42,525 nt of DNA from a virus (lineage: Duplodnaviria > Caudoviricetes). The position numbers and the translations under genes were made by a program. Below, one piece after another: positions 8,445 through 17,180 of the stretch. Under the pieces are notes generated by a model, which worked only from the letters and a program-made list of their open reading frames with translations, had not been told where the DNA came from and ran no database searches. The first letter of the stretch is position 1, and every line of letters starts with the position of its first letter. The DNA is taken from positions 1 through 42,525 of the IMG/VR virus record IMGVR_UViG_3300038673_000449. The stretch is one strand, 5' to 3'.

Positions 8445-9407
8445 TTATTCTTGATTGTGATATACTGCATTTGTATACTGAGTGGTGATGTGTGGACGGT
8501 TTTCCAAGGCCCAGATTCGTTCGGTCCATTTAGCGCGGCCGGCCTTATCACTCTCAACTCTGATTTGCTCAGCTGCTGCATCGATAGCATCTGCTTGATG
8601 AACAATATGAGCTTCAATCGATGACGGCGGTATGGCGGCGCCGTATTCACGCTTTCCATGATGGCTGAGAATGATGTGACATAAAAGTTCAAGCTTAGCT
8701 TCATCCTTCTCATCTTTGAGTAGATTGTTTTCCTCAGCAAAGTTATTGACAAACTGTGCACCAAGAAATGTATGCTCGTATAAAAGTCCTTCATCGGTCA
8801 TCTCACAGACGATACCATTGATTCTATAGCCAAACAACTTACCAAGGTCATGGAGCAAGCCACCGATAGTTGCTAACTCTATAAAAGTACCAGGAATGGT
8901 TTCAGCAACTGCTTTAGCAATCTTTGCAACAGACACACTGTGAATCAAGGTACCAGCTGTATAAGCATGATGAATTGTATTAGCACCAGGTACTGTAACC
9001 CATAAGTGTTTAAGCTGCTCGAGAATTGTTAAAGTCAATTCTCTTAAGAAGTCGTCCTTCACCGCTGAAGCCATCTCATAAGCTTCAAGATATGTAGCGC
9101 CAATATCAACGCCACTGTTCGGAGTAAACTCACTGATATGAAGTTCAGTGTTTGTAGACATACTCTTGATGTTCAGTTGAGGAGTACCAAGATATTCTGT
9201 AAGTTGAGCGGATACATTCAAGATAGCGTTCTTCTCAGGTACATTCTTACCTGACCAATCCCAATAGTTTCCACTAATGGAATCTGTACCATCAAAGAAC
9301 TCCATTTGTAGATAAGGCTTCTTTGCTTTTGTCTCTCTGGCAGTTGCACCAAGAACTACAAGCGGTATAGTGAATGTGCTGCCCATTTTCAATTCTTTCA
9401 GTTTCAT
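8445..9407 (-). CDS. YhaM/Cbf1-like OB-fold plus HD-domain nuclease
   Basis: N-terminal OB-like region; HHAY..G...H, LLHDLGK, HIILSHHG..EYG, ADAIDA. Confidence 0.85.
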   Translation of the reverse strand: MKLKELKMGSTFTIPLVVLGATARETKAKKPYLQMEFFDGTDSISGNYWDWSGKNVPEKNAILNVSAQLTEYLGTPQLNIKSMSTNTELHISEFTPNSGVDIGATYLEAYEMASAVKDDFLRELTLTILEQLKHLWVTVPGANTIHHAYTAGTLIHSVSVAKIAKAVAETIPGTFIELATIGGLLHDLGKLFGYRINGIVCEMTDEGLLYEHTFLGAQFVNNFAEENNLLKDEKDEAKLELLCHIILSHHGKREYGAAIPPSSIEAHIVHQADAIDAAAEQIRVESDKAGRAKWTERIWALENRPHITTQYTNAVYHNQE

Positions 9408-9749
9408 TTACTTGCCCTCCTTTGGTGTGTACCAGACCGCATTCTCAGCATCTTCCATCGGCATAACCGCAAGAGCAGCAACTGCCTCAGTCATAAGGTC
9501 GCCGAGTTGAGTGTATGTGTGAACCATCTCTTTGCCTTGATTTACAGGAATAATAACAGGAATTGTGATACCGTCTCTGCCCGGCATCCATACATTGTCA
9601 CGTTTACGAATATAGAACTCTCTGATGTTAATGTACTGAACACCATCTCTGTAAGCTGCAGCAACTACAAGCTTGATTGCATCCGACTTCTTTACCTCAC
9701 CAATTACTTTGTAGTTATCCCAAATCTTCTTAGCCTTTTCTGTAGCCAT
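9408..9749 (-). CDS. PC4/YdbC-like ssDNA-binding protein
   Basis: YINIREFY......W.PGRDGITIP matches the PC4 signature. Confidence 0.7.
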   Translation of the reverse strand: MATEKAKKIWDNYKVIGEVKKSDAIKLVVAAAYRDGVQYINIREFYIRKRDNVWMPGRDGITIPVIIPVNQGKEMVHTYTQLGDLMTEAVAALAVMPMEDAENAVWYTPKEGK

Positions 9750-9906
9750 TTGTTTTATCCCCCTTCTTTAATTCGTCTTCTGGCATATACTCAACAATCA
9801 CCTTGATAATGTCACCAGTATCATTGGCAATGGGAGTAATCTTTGCAACTGCCATTCCATCAAGTGCCTCTTTCAATGGCACTTCCATCAGTTCAGATAA
9901 TTTCAT
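9730..9906 (-). CDS. Hypothetical protein (58 aa), absent from the ORF track
   Basis: SD GGAGG; MKLSELMEVPLKEALDG...; fills the gap. Confidence 0.7.
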   Translation of the reverse strand: MKLSELMEVPLKEALDGMAVAKITPIANDTGDIIKVIVEYMPEDELKKGDKTNGYRKG

Positions 9907-9907
9907 A

Positions 9908-10165
9908 TCAAGAACCCTCCTTCAAGTTTTTGCCTGTTAAAATATCAGACATAGTTTCAATTGCTTTGTCAAGAACGTCAGGTTTATGAACAAGATATAA
10001 TTGACACATTCCTGCATAAGCTTGTTCTTGCTCTTCAGCATCCTTAATTATCTCACCAAGTTGTCCATACAACTGACCAAGGTAAAATTGGTAAGGCTGC
10101 TTATTATATTGTTCTCTGATGTCGACTTGCATCTCTTTCAATCGTTTAGAGACTAGTTTGTTCAT
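9908..10165 (-). CDS. Hypothetical protein
   Basis: SD GGAGGT before MNKLVSKR. Confidence 0.7.
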   Translation of the reverse strand: MNKLVSKRLKEMQVDIREQYNKQPYQFYLGQLYGQLGEIIKDAEEQEQAYAGMCQLYLVHKPDVLDKAIETMSDILTGKNLKEGS

Positions 10166-10166
10166 A

Positions 10167-10418
10167 CTATACCTCCCATTTCTTTGAACACTGTTTGCAG
10201 ACACAACAAACAGTATTCTTTGATGTGCCAAAGACCAAACCAGCACTCCCTATTAAAGCAGTACCTAATAAGCCTTTACCCTTGCTGTAGCCCTTAGCAG
10301 TACTGATAAAATCAGTACTGCCACATTTTGGGCACTTAATAGCTTTCGGTGGGTTTATCTCTTTGGCTTTGTTTTCCAATGCTGCAGCGGTTCTGTTAAG
10401 AGTATCAATAAGACCCAT
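10167..10418 (-). CDS. Small zinc-ribbon protein with a Gly-rich hydrophobic segment
   Basis: CPKCGS...GKGLLGTALIGSAGLVFG...CKQC...W. Confidence 0.8.
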   Translation of the reverse strand: MGLIDTLNRTAAALENKAKEINPPKAIKCPKCGSTDFISTAKGYSKGKGLLGTALIGSAGLVFGTSKNTVCCVCKQCSKKWEV

Positions 10419-10420
10419 AA

Positions 10421-12538
10421 CTATACCTCCTTGTAGATGTCAAAGATTGAACCATCATATACATCATACTCAAGATAAGCTTTATCTTCTGGCTCTGTAA
10501 ATCCAACATCAGGTGGTGTAAGTTTCTGACCCCAAGATGGAGCACCTTTCTCAGCACCAGCAGTGATGGGGCAACGGAACGAAGCAAAGTCTGAGAGAAG
10601 CCATCTGAATACCGGTATATGTTCTTGTTCATCTTTATGCACAGCCAATACTATTTCATCATGCACAATGAGTATGAGCTGCGTCTTGAGATTGTGATAC
10701 ATGATGTACTTATACATATCTACAAGCTTTGCTTTGATATAGTCTGCAGCGCATCCTTGAATTAAAGCATTAGGAGCCTTATAGCAATCATCAGGGTCGA
10801 GGCGACGACGTCTTCCGTAGAAGTTCTTTACAAAGCCTCTCATCTTAATAACCTGATGAACTGTTGCAATGAATGTTCTTGCTTCAGGCATCTGAGCAAA
10901 GTAAGTAGCTTTTAGATTAGTCGCCTCAGTTGTTGAGCAACCAAGCAACTCACTTAGATGGTCAATACCTACACCGTATATAAGTGCGAAGTTGATAGTC
11001 TTACCTTTACCACGCATATCTACATACTTCTGTAGAGAATCAATCAACTCATCAAGTTTTGCAAGTTCATCTTTATCAGCACCTTGCTCAGACATTTCTT
11101 TTCTTTTGATACTAAGTGTCTCATGCTCATGAATGTTATGCAGAAACTCATCAACTGCTACATGGAATATCATTGCAGCCGTAGCAGCATGCACATCATA
11201 GCCATTTTCAATTGCTTGTAACAAACTCGGAATCTTTGCATAGTGTGCAAATAACCTGTACTCAATCTGGTCAAGGTCCATGAACCATAACTCAAAGTCA
11301 GGCGACGGCATAAATGCTCGTCTGATTCTCTTGTCCTTCTTAGGAAGAGTTTGTAGAGCAGGCTTGGTAATTGACATACGACCAGTAGTTGCTTCTGTCT
11401 GATTGATGTTATCGTGAACTCTTGTCTCTGCATCTTTCTGGTCATAGATACCTACTGCATAAGTTGTCAGAAGCTTCTCATACTTCCTAAACTCTAAGAT
11501 GTTCTTAACGATATTGACATTGTACTTGGTAGCCAATGTATTCAGCACATCTTTGTCAAGTTTAGGATTGCCCTTGGGCGTTGTCGGAATCCAGCCATGA
11601 TTAACACCAAGAGTCATCAATACATCATATAGCTGCTTACCTGAGTTGATGTTGAACATCTTGCCTGCTTCATCATAGATTGCCTTCTCAGCATCATCTG
11701 TAAGTTTCTGAAGGTCAGCTTTAAGTGGTCCTTCGTATTCACTGTCAGTTGCAAACCCAAAACGTTCCATTGCATAAAGTGCAATCATCAATTCGCATTC
11801 CTTGTCATAAAGACCTACAAGTTCATCTTTCTCCAACTTCTCATAGTCAGTGATAAACTCAAGGTAACAGTTCCAAACGTCAGCCCCGCCGTACTGAGTA
11901 AGCAACTCTCTTGGAATTTGCCTATAGTCTGTAACTTTGTTGAGCGTCTTGTAAGAGTCAACCATATACTCGAACTTCACTATGCCTCCAGGTATTTTGG
12001 CTGCTAAGTCCTTTAACTGAAATGAAGTACGGTTTTCATTGGCAAGCTTTGCTAAAACTACCGTGTCATGCACTCTGCCTTTAATCTTCATATCAGCATT
12101 AGCGAACATGTGGGCGTCGAATTTCCAGTTGTGTGCAATCTTTTCGATTGACTCATCTTCGAATAGTGGCGCGAGTTGCTGAAATTTTGCAAACTTGTTT
12201 TCAACAGTATCATATATAATGTAGGAATTTTTTCCGTCGCATATCTGAAGACTGAATGGGTAATCTTGAGGGGTTGCTTTCTTACCTGTACCAACCCAGC
12301 GTCTTACCACCTCTTTAGGTACTATATTACTGTTTCTGAAATGTGGGTGAGTTTCTGTATCAAATGTTATAAAGCGTCTGCCGCGAAACTCAAACGGCTT
12401 TACCTGTGATAGTATTTCCTGCGGGTCTTCAACTTCAATGAACTTGTCAATCTTATGTTCTTTGAAAGTTGCTGGGTTATAAGAATACCCATGACCTTTT
12501 TGAATGACTGGTATATTCTTTGGCTGAATCACTGCCAT
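10421..12538 (-). CDS. polA: Family A DNA polymerase with 3'-5' exonuclease, no 5'-3' exonuclease domain
   Basis: FDTET exo I; motif A DLDQIEYR; motif B RGKGKTINFALIYG; motif C VHDEIV. Confidence 0.96.
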   Translation of the reverse strand: MAVIQPKNIPVIQKGHGYSYNPATFKEHKIDKFIEVEDPQEILSQVKPFEFRGRRFITFDTETHPHFRNSNIVPKEVVRRWVGTGKKATPQDYPFSLQICDGKNSYIIYDTVENKFAKFQQLAPLFEDESIEKIAHNWKFDAHMFANADMKIKGRVHDTVVLAKLANENRTSFQLKDLAAKIPGGIVKFEYMVDSYKTLNKVTDYRQIPRELLTQYGGADVWNCYLEFITDYEKLEKDELVGLYDKECELMIALYAMERFGFATDSEYEGPLKADLQKLTDDAEKAIYDEAGKMFNINSGKQLYDVLMTLGVNHGWIPTTPKGNPKLDKDVLNTLATKYNVNIVKNILEFRKYEKLLTTYAVGIYDQKDAETRVHDNINQTEATTGRMSITKPALQTLPKKDKRIRRAFMPSPDFELWFMDLDQIEYRLFAHYAKIPSLLQAIENGYDVHAATAAMIFHVAVDEFLHNIHEHETLSIKRKEMSEQGADKDELAKLDELIDSLQKYVDMRGKGKTINFALIYGVGIDHLSELLGCSTTEATNLKATYFAQMPEARTFIATVHQVIKMRGFVKNFYGRRRRLDPDDCYKAPNALIQGCAADYIKAKLVDMYKYIMYHNLKTQLILIVHDEIVLAVHKDEQEHIPVFRWLLSDFASFRCPITAGAEKGAPSWGQKLTPPDVGFTEPEDKAYLEYDVYDGSIFDIYKEV

Positions 12539-12563
12539 AAATATCACTCTCCTTTACCTTTTA

Positions 12564-12592
12564 ATTATATCATAATTATGTGCAGCCGTAAA
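12564..12592 (-). promoter_or_regulatory. SigA-type promoter for the polymerase operon
   Basis: TTTACG-17-TATAAT with extended TG. Confidence 0.75.
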
Positions 12593-12614
12593 TACACTTT
12601 CTAAAATTATTTCT

Positions 12615-13079
12615 TCACTGCATGAATTTGATATATTGATTAGTACTTGCTAATTTAACCCCTTCTGAATAGAAAGTATTGGATAACTTCTTTTCATCAT
12701 ATGCACCGAACTTAATGTATATACCTACAAGAAACTCTCTTGGAATCCGCCTGAATAGTTCCTGCTCGGTCAATCCAGTATACAGAATAACTTGTAGATT
12801 CTCATGCATTGCACAACTGATAAGTGCTATTGTATCATCAGGTTGTTCAGACCATTCAAGACCAGCAAGTATTATGCCATCATTGAAATGATTCTGCTTC
12901 ACCTCTTCTATAATCTCATCAGCAAACTTGATGTATGTCTGTGTATCTTTTAAGTGCTGGTTGAAACAATTCCGGCAATTATTTCTACAAGACACTCCAA
13001 TAATAAGGGCCCCCATGAACGGAGCATCTTCTGCCCGTTCATGGATAATGCCCTTGTAGCTTACAAGCTTATTCAACAT
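12615..13079 (-). CDS. nrdG: Anaerobic RNR activase (radical SAM)
   Basis: CRNNCRNC cluster motif, C-terminal STNQ, adjacent to nrdD. Confidence 0.85.
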   Translation of the reverse strand: MLNKLVSYKGIIHERAEDAPFMGALIIGVSCRNNCRNCFNQHLKDTQTYIKFADEIIEEVKQNHFNDGIILAGLEWSEQPDDTIALISCAMHENLQVILYTGLTEQELFRRIPREFLVGIYIKFGAYDEKKLSNTFYSEGVKLASTNQYIKFMQ

Positions 13080-14838
13080 GTATTTGCTTGCGGTCCTTAA
13101 ACTCCTGGAGCTTGCCAGGATTGTAGTTATCAACGTCGCGTATGTAGCCGGTTATACGCTGCATATATTTGGTTACTCCGCCGCAATGAGGACAACTTTC
13201 AACTACTTCATCCAAGACACCATGGTCTGGACAATAGCAGATAATTGGCGATAATGAAATATAAGGCAATGAATAATTTTCACATACATGTTTAACGATA
13301 CTCTTTGCCTGACCGCCAGAGATACCTTGTGCTAAGTACAGATGCACTACAGTACCACCTGTCATTTTAACTTGTAGAGAATCCTGATGGTCAAGCAAAG
13401 CTTTGATACCTTCAATCTGACTTACAGGCACATGACAAGAGTTCGTATAATAGACGCTGTTGCCGCTGCCCTGAGTATAGATATTAGGATAAGTCTTTCT
13501 GTCAAGCTTTGCAAGTCTGTAACAAGTTGATTCAGCTGGTGTAGCTTCAAGGTTGAACAGGTTTCCTGTAGACTTCTGGAATGATAAAAGAATATCTCTC
13601 ATGAAGTCCAGCAGCTCCTCAGCTAATGCTTTGCCCTGAGGTGTTGTAATGTCCATACCCAAATAGTTCATGCACAGCTCATTCATTCCTACATAACCGA
13701 TTGTAGAGAAGTGATTGTTCAGAGTACCTACATAGGTATCGAACGCCGGCAACATACCAGTGCCAATGAGATGCATATTCAACCAGTTACGTTTCTCTTC
13801 AAGACTGTCTCTGGCAATTTCCATATAGTCTTTAATGAGAGACTTCAAATGGTCCTTAGACTTGAACTTGCTAAGGTAGCCGAGGCGAGGCAGATTCAAG
13901 GTTACGACCCCAATAGAGCCAGTGCTGTCACCAGACCCAAACAATCCGCCGTTACGTTTGCTGAGCTGATTAAGGTCCAGGCGTAATCTACAACACATGC
14001 TTCTGACATCGCTCGGGTCCATATCGCTGTTTATAAAATTGCTGAAGTACGGATACCCATACTTACCAGCCATCTCCCATAAAAGCTCATTGTTTGGATT
14101 ATCCCAGTCAAAACCTTTCATGATAGAATAGGTAGGAATAGGATAAGCAAACGGTTTGCCATTAGCATCTCCTTCAAGCATAACCTTAAAGAAGGCTTTG
14201 TTCAGCATATCTATTTCTTTCTGACAATCTCCATAAGTGAAGTCCATCAGCTTATTAGCAATTCTAACTGGCTGGTCTTTCAAATCTTTAGGAGCAAACA
14301 AGTCGAACGTAAGGTTGCTGAAAGCTGGTTCCGCCCCGGCCCTACTATTTGAGTTGACCGAATAGACATAGTTCTGAATGCCCTGCTTAACTTCCTTGTA
14401 GTCAAGGTCGTCAAGTCTAATAAAAGGAGCAAGCAATGTGTCGAATGAGCTGAAGGCAACCGCTCCCATAATTTCATTCTGAAAGATAGTCAGCATGTTT
14501 GCAAGTTGATTCAGCGCGGCGTCGAAGTGTTTAGCAGGTTTTGACGCCGGAATATTCGGAATGCCTTTCACACCATAGTCCAGAACCTTCTGTAGAGAAT
14601 ATCCACAGCAATAAATGGTAAGACCACTCATGTCATGAATATGCAGAAAGCCATCATTGTGTGCAGCTTCTGCTACATCATTGTATACTCTCTCAGCCCA
14701 GTACTGTTTCGACACGGCGCTGATGATATACTTATTCATTTGCCCGAAGCTAAACGGTGCATTACTATTCTCCTTTACTCTCCAATCTCGTTGGAGCATG
14801 TAGTCATCTACAACTCTGTTTGTATCAAGCATTCCCAT
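13069..14838 (-). CDS. nrdD: Class III anaerobic ribonucleoside-triphosphate reductase, no ATP cone
   Basis: HIHD, YCCG, SMCCRL, EATPAES, YYTNS, CPDH..CPHC, glycyl-radical RITGY. Confidence 0.96.
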   Translation of the reverse strand: MGMLDTNRVVDDYMLQRDWRVKENSNAPFSFGQMNKYIISAVSKQYWAERVYNDVAEAAHNDGFLHIHDMSGLTIYCCGYSLQKVLDYGVKGIPNIPASKPAKHFDAALNQLANMLTIFQNEIMGAVAFSSFDTLLAPFIRLDDLDYKEVKQGIQNYVYSVNSNSRAGAEPAFSNLTFDLFAPKDLKDQPVRIANKLMDFTYGDCQKEIDMLNKAFFKVMLEGDANGKPFAYPIPTYSIMKGFDWDNPNNELLWEMAGKYGYPYFSNFINSDMDPSDVRSMCCRLRLDLNQLSKRNGGLFGSGDSTGSIGVVTLNLPRLGYLSKFKSKDHLKSLIKDYMEIARDSLEEKRNWLNMHLIGTGMLPAFDTYVGTLNNHFSTIGYVGMNELCMNYLGMDITTPQGKALAEELLDFMRDILLSFQKSTGNLFNLEATPAESTCYRLAKLDRKTYPNIYTQGSGNSVYYTNSCHVPVSQIEGIKALLDHQDSLQVKMTGGTVVHLYLAQGISGGQAKSIVKHVCENYSLPYISLSPIICYCPDHGVLDEVVESCPHCGGVTKYMQRITGYIRDVDNYNPGKLQEFKDRKQIHVE

Positions 14839-15061
14839 TATTAAGTACCTCCTCAAGTTTCTTTACATTGAATCCCATGATTGTTTCGTCACCGCACTTA
14901 ATAACAGGTAGTGACATTGCACCAAGCTGCTCAAGTTCTTGCATAGCAGCTTCATCTTTGAATACATCTGCATATTCAAAGTCCATACCTTTTGACTTCA
15001 GGTACTGTTTAGCACCTTGGCACTGAGGGCATGACTCAGCACCATACACTTTGATTCCCAT
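14825..15061 (-). CDS. nrdH: NrdH/glutaredoxin-like redoxin
   Basis: CPQC, SLPV, GF; 78 aa. Confidence 0.85.
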   Translation of the reverse strand: MGIKVYGAESCPQCQGAKQYLKSKGMDFEYADVFKDEAAMQELEQLGAMSLPVIKCGDETIMGFNVKKLEEVLNNGNA

Positions 15062-15086
15062 AGGCTATCCTCCTTAATTTGATTGG

Positions 15087-15323
15087 CTACACAAGCACCT
15101 CATAACTATAACGGATATAGTGCTTGTTGAAAGCCTTTGTAGGTATGCGTTTAATCTTACCAGCTTCTTCGAGGTCTGTAATAACATACCTGACTCTGTT
15201 CTGATTAAGACCCGCTTTCTTAGCAATATCAGAGACAGCTACTGTCTGACCAGATAGTGTAGCTATTGCCTTGAGAACAATCTCCTGCTCTTCAGATGTA
15301 GTGACGATGTTTATTTGCGCCAT
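15087..15323 (-). CDS. Winged helix-turn-helix protein
   Basis: VSDIAKKAGLNQNRVRYVITDLEEAGKIKR. Confidence 0.8.
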   Translation of the reverse strand: MAQINIVTTSEEQEIVLKAIATLSGQTVAVSDIAKKAGLNQNRVRYVITDLEEAGKIKRIPTKAFNKHYIRYSYEVLV

Positions 15324-15483
15324 TTTAAGCCTCACTCCTTTCTTCTTGTTAATTATATCGCTCGTTACTCGTTCGTAGGATTTAAGAGGATATTATTATA
15401 AGGTTGTTATTCACGGACTTGTATGAGCCTCTTAGGACGTGCTACGTGTGAATTAAACCTTATAATAATTATATGTGTGATTA

Positions 15484-15891
15484 TTATATTTTAGCAACTG
15501 TAATACCTGCTGATGTCAACAATTTAATGCCTGAATCCTCTTTCCAGTCTTCAAAGTAATAGACTGCTGAAAAACCTTTAGGAGCATTGATAATCGCGGC
15601 GGCGCATTGCTTACAAGGTGCTAAGGTAACAAACATCACCTTTCCCTCATCGCTGGACTTATCTTTGATTAAAGCGTTAATCTCAGCATGAATACAACCG
15701 TACTTTCCATCAATGATACACATACAGTCTGCTAAGCCCTTAGGCCCGCCATTGATGCCGACGCTGTACACTTGTGTTAATTCTTTGTCTGTGATTATTG
15801 CGGCTACATGGCGCTCAGAGCATTTGGATAATGTAGCCAGGTTTTGTGTAAACTCTTTGAATACTTGCATACGGTTACTTTTCATATTCAT
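15484..15891 (-). CDS. Deoxycytidylate (dCMP) deaminase family protein
   Basis: HAEINAL and PCKQC zinc motifs. Confidence 0.9.
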   Translation of the reverse strand: MNMKSNRMQVFKEFTQNLATLSKCSERHVAAIITDKELTQVYSVGINGGPKGLADCMCIIDGKYGCIHAEINALIKDKSSDEGKVMFVTLAPCKQCAAAIINAPKGFSAVYYFEDWKEDSGIKLLTSAGITVAKI

Positions 15892-16471
15892 TCAACCTTT
15901 CTTGTAGATATTCGTAAGCTCTATCAAGCTTCTTATATGACATGCCTCTACTCATTGGCAGATTTCCATTTATCTGAGTATTCAATCTTCTAAATGGATT
16001 GACCTGCTTCTTCAGCGCTGTGGCGCAGCGTTCACATAGAGGCAAGATATTCCAGGCAGTATACCGGCCCCCTTCATCGAACTGAACAAAGTACCCTCTT
16101 GCTTCTATCTCAGTAATGTCACATAGAGCACAGCCACTGAAGTATCTACAAGCAGTTAACCAGTCTTCCTCTGTGAGAGGTACAAACGGCGCGGCGGTGA
16201 TTCGCTTAAGCCAGTCCTGATATAAGTCTTCTGCCTCTTGTAGTTTAACAGCTCTCCAGTGTAGTGCCGCATCGATAGTCTTTCTATCACCTCTGCGTTG
16301 TTCATTGTAGCATTCTCTACAAACTGGGCTATCAGGTACTCTTGGAACTTTAAGCTGCTTACATATAGGGCAGATTCTTTCTGTAAACTCGGTGCCGCAG
16401 AAACGACACCGAGTTTCATTGTAAGAGGGCGGATATACCCAGCCGCAACCCTTACAAATGCGATTGCTCAT
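15875..16471 (-). CDS. Multi-zinc-finger protein with a degenerate HNH-like domain
   Basis: Four N-terminal CxxC; LTEEDW....YF..CALC...GG.....NILPLCERC. Confidence 0.7.
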   Translation of the reverse strand: MSNRICKGCGWVYPPSYNETRCRFCGTEFTERICPICKQLKVPRVPDSPVCRECYNEQRRGDRKTIDAALHWRAVKLQEAEDLYQDWLKRITAAPFVPLTEEDWLTACRYFSGCALCDITEIEARGYFVQFDEGGRYTAWNILPLCERCATALKKQVNPFRRLNTQINGNLPMSRGMSYKKLDRAYEYLQERLNEYEK

Positions 16472-16938
16472 AGCACATGCATATCAGGGCATTTGTAAGT
16501 TACAACAGGGATGTAATGTGGCGCGGCAAACAGTTGGTCAAAGCCATCGCAGATTTTGTCAAAGGTTGTTCTATCTACAATGTAGTCCTCGCCGCGGTCT
16601 TGACACCTGGACCATAATGCAGCCTTGGAATCTGTGCAATAAATAATCATTGCACCAGCTTTTGATAGCTGTCTCTCAAGGTCATACATCTGTGGGTAAC
16701 CAATGACTGAAGCATCTCTCATCACTGGGCCATATACCATTTCTGAGTACCAGCATCTGTCGAATATCATGTTCTTACCAGAACGAATAGTCTGTAGATA
16801 CTCGCCCATCATGATTGCTTTCTCTTCTTCAGTCTTAGGCTGAACTCTGTGAATAATCTTATAGCCTGTTTGCTTTGACAGCTGATTGGCTAAGGTAGTC
16901 TTGCCGGAACCATCAGGTCCTTCAATAATGATAATCAT
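16468..16938 (-). CDS. dNMP (thymidylate-type) kinase
   Basis: IEGPDGSGKTT P-loop, FDR..YSE.VY. Confidence 0.85.
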   Translation of the reverse strand: MIIIIEGPDGSGKTTLANQLSKQTGYKIIHRVQPKTEEEKAIMMGEYLQTIRSGKNMIFDRCWYSEMVYGPVMRDASVIGYPQMYDLERQLSKAGAMIIYCTDSKAALWSRCQDRGEDYIVDRTTFDKICDGFDQLFAAPHYIPVVTYKCPDMHVL

Positions 16939-17180
16939 TTTACCAGTCCTCCTCTTGCATAAGGTGAGAATCCAACATTCATTGTATTCTGGCCTCTTAC
17001 CAATGTGATGGTAAGTTCATAAGCTTGCTCTTCAGTAAAGCCATTGTCAATAAAAGCTTTCTTCATCATCGCGAGCTGCTTTGCGGGTTCGTTGTAAATG
17101 TCTTCTTGCTGCTTCTCTTTCAATTGAGACTGCAGCACTTCAATTTCCTGCTTGAGCTGGTCTTTAGTCTTGTCAGCCAT
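16935..17180 (-). CDS. Hypothetical protein
   Basis: Coiled coil plus GFTEEQAYEL. Confidence 0.75.
   Translation of the reverse strand: MADKTKDQLKQEIEVLQSQLKEKQQEDIYNEPAKQLAMMKKAFIDNGFTEEQAYELTITLVRGQNTMNVGFSPYARGGLVK

Noticed and set aside
8445-9407. DatZ-like dATPase or Z-genome pathway
   Set aside because: OB plus HD architecture fits YhaM/Cbf1, and no PurZ is in the window
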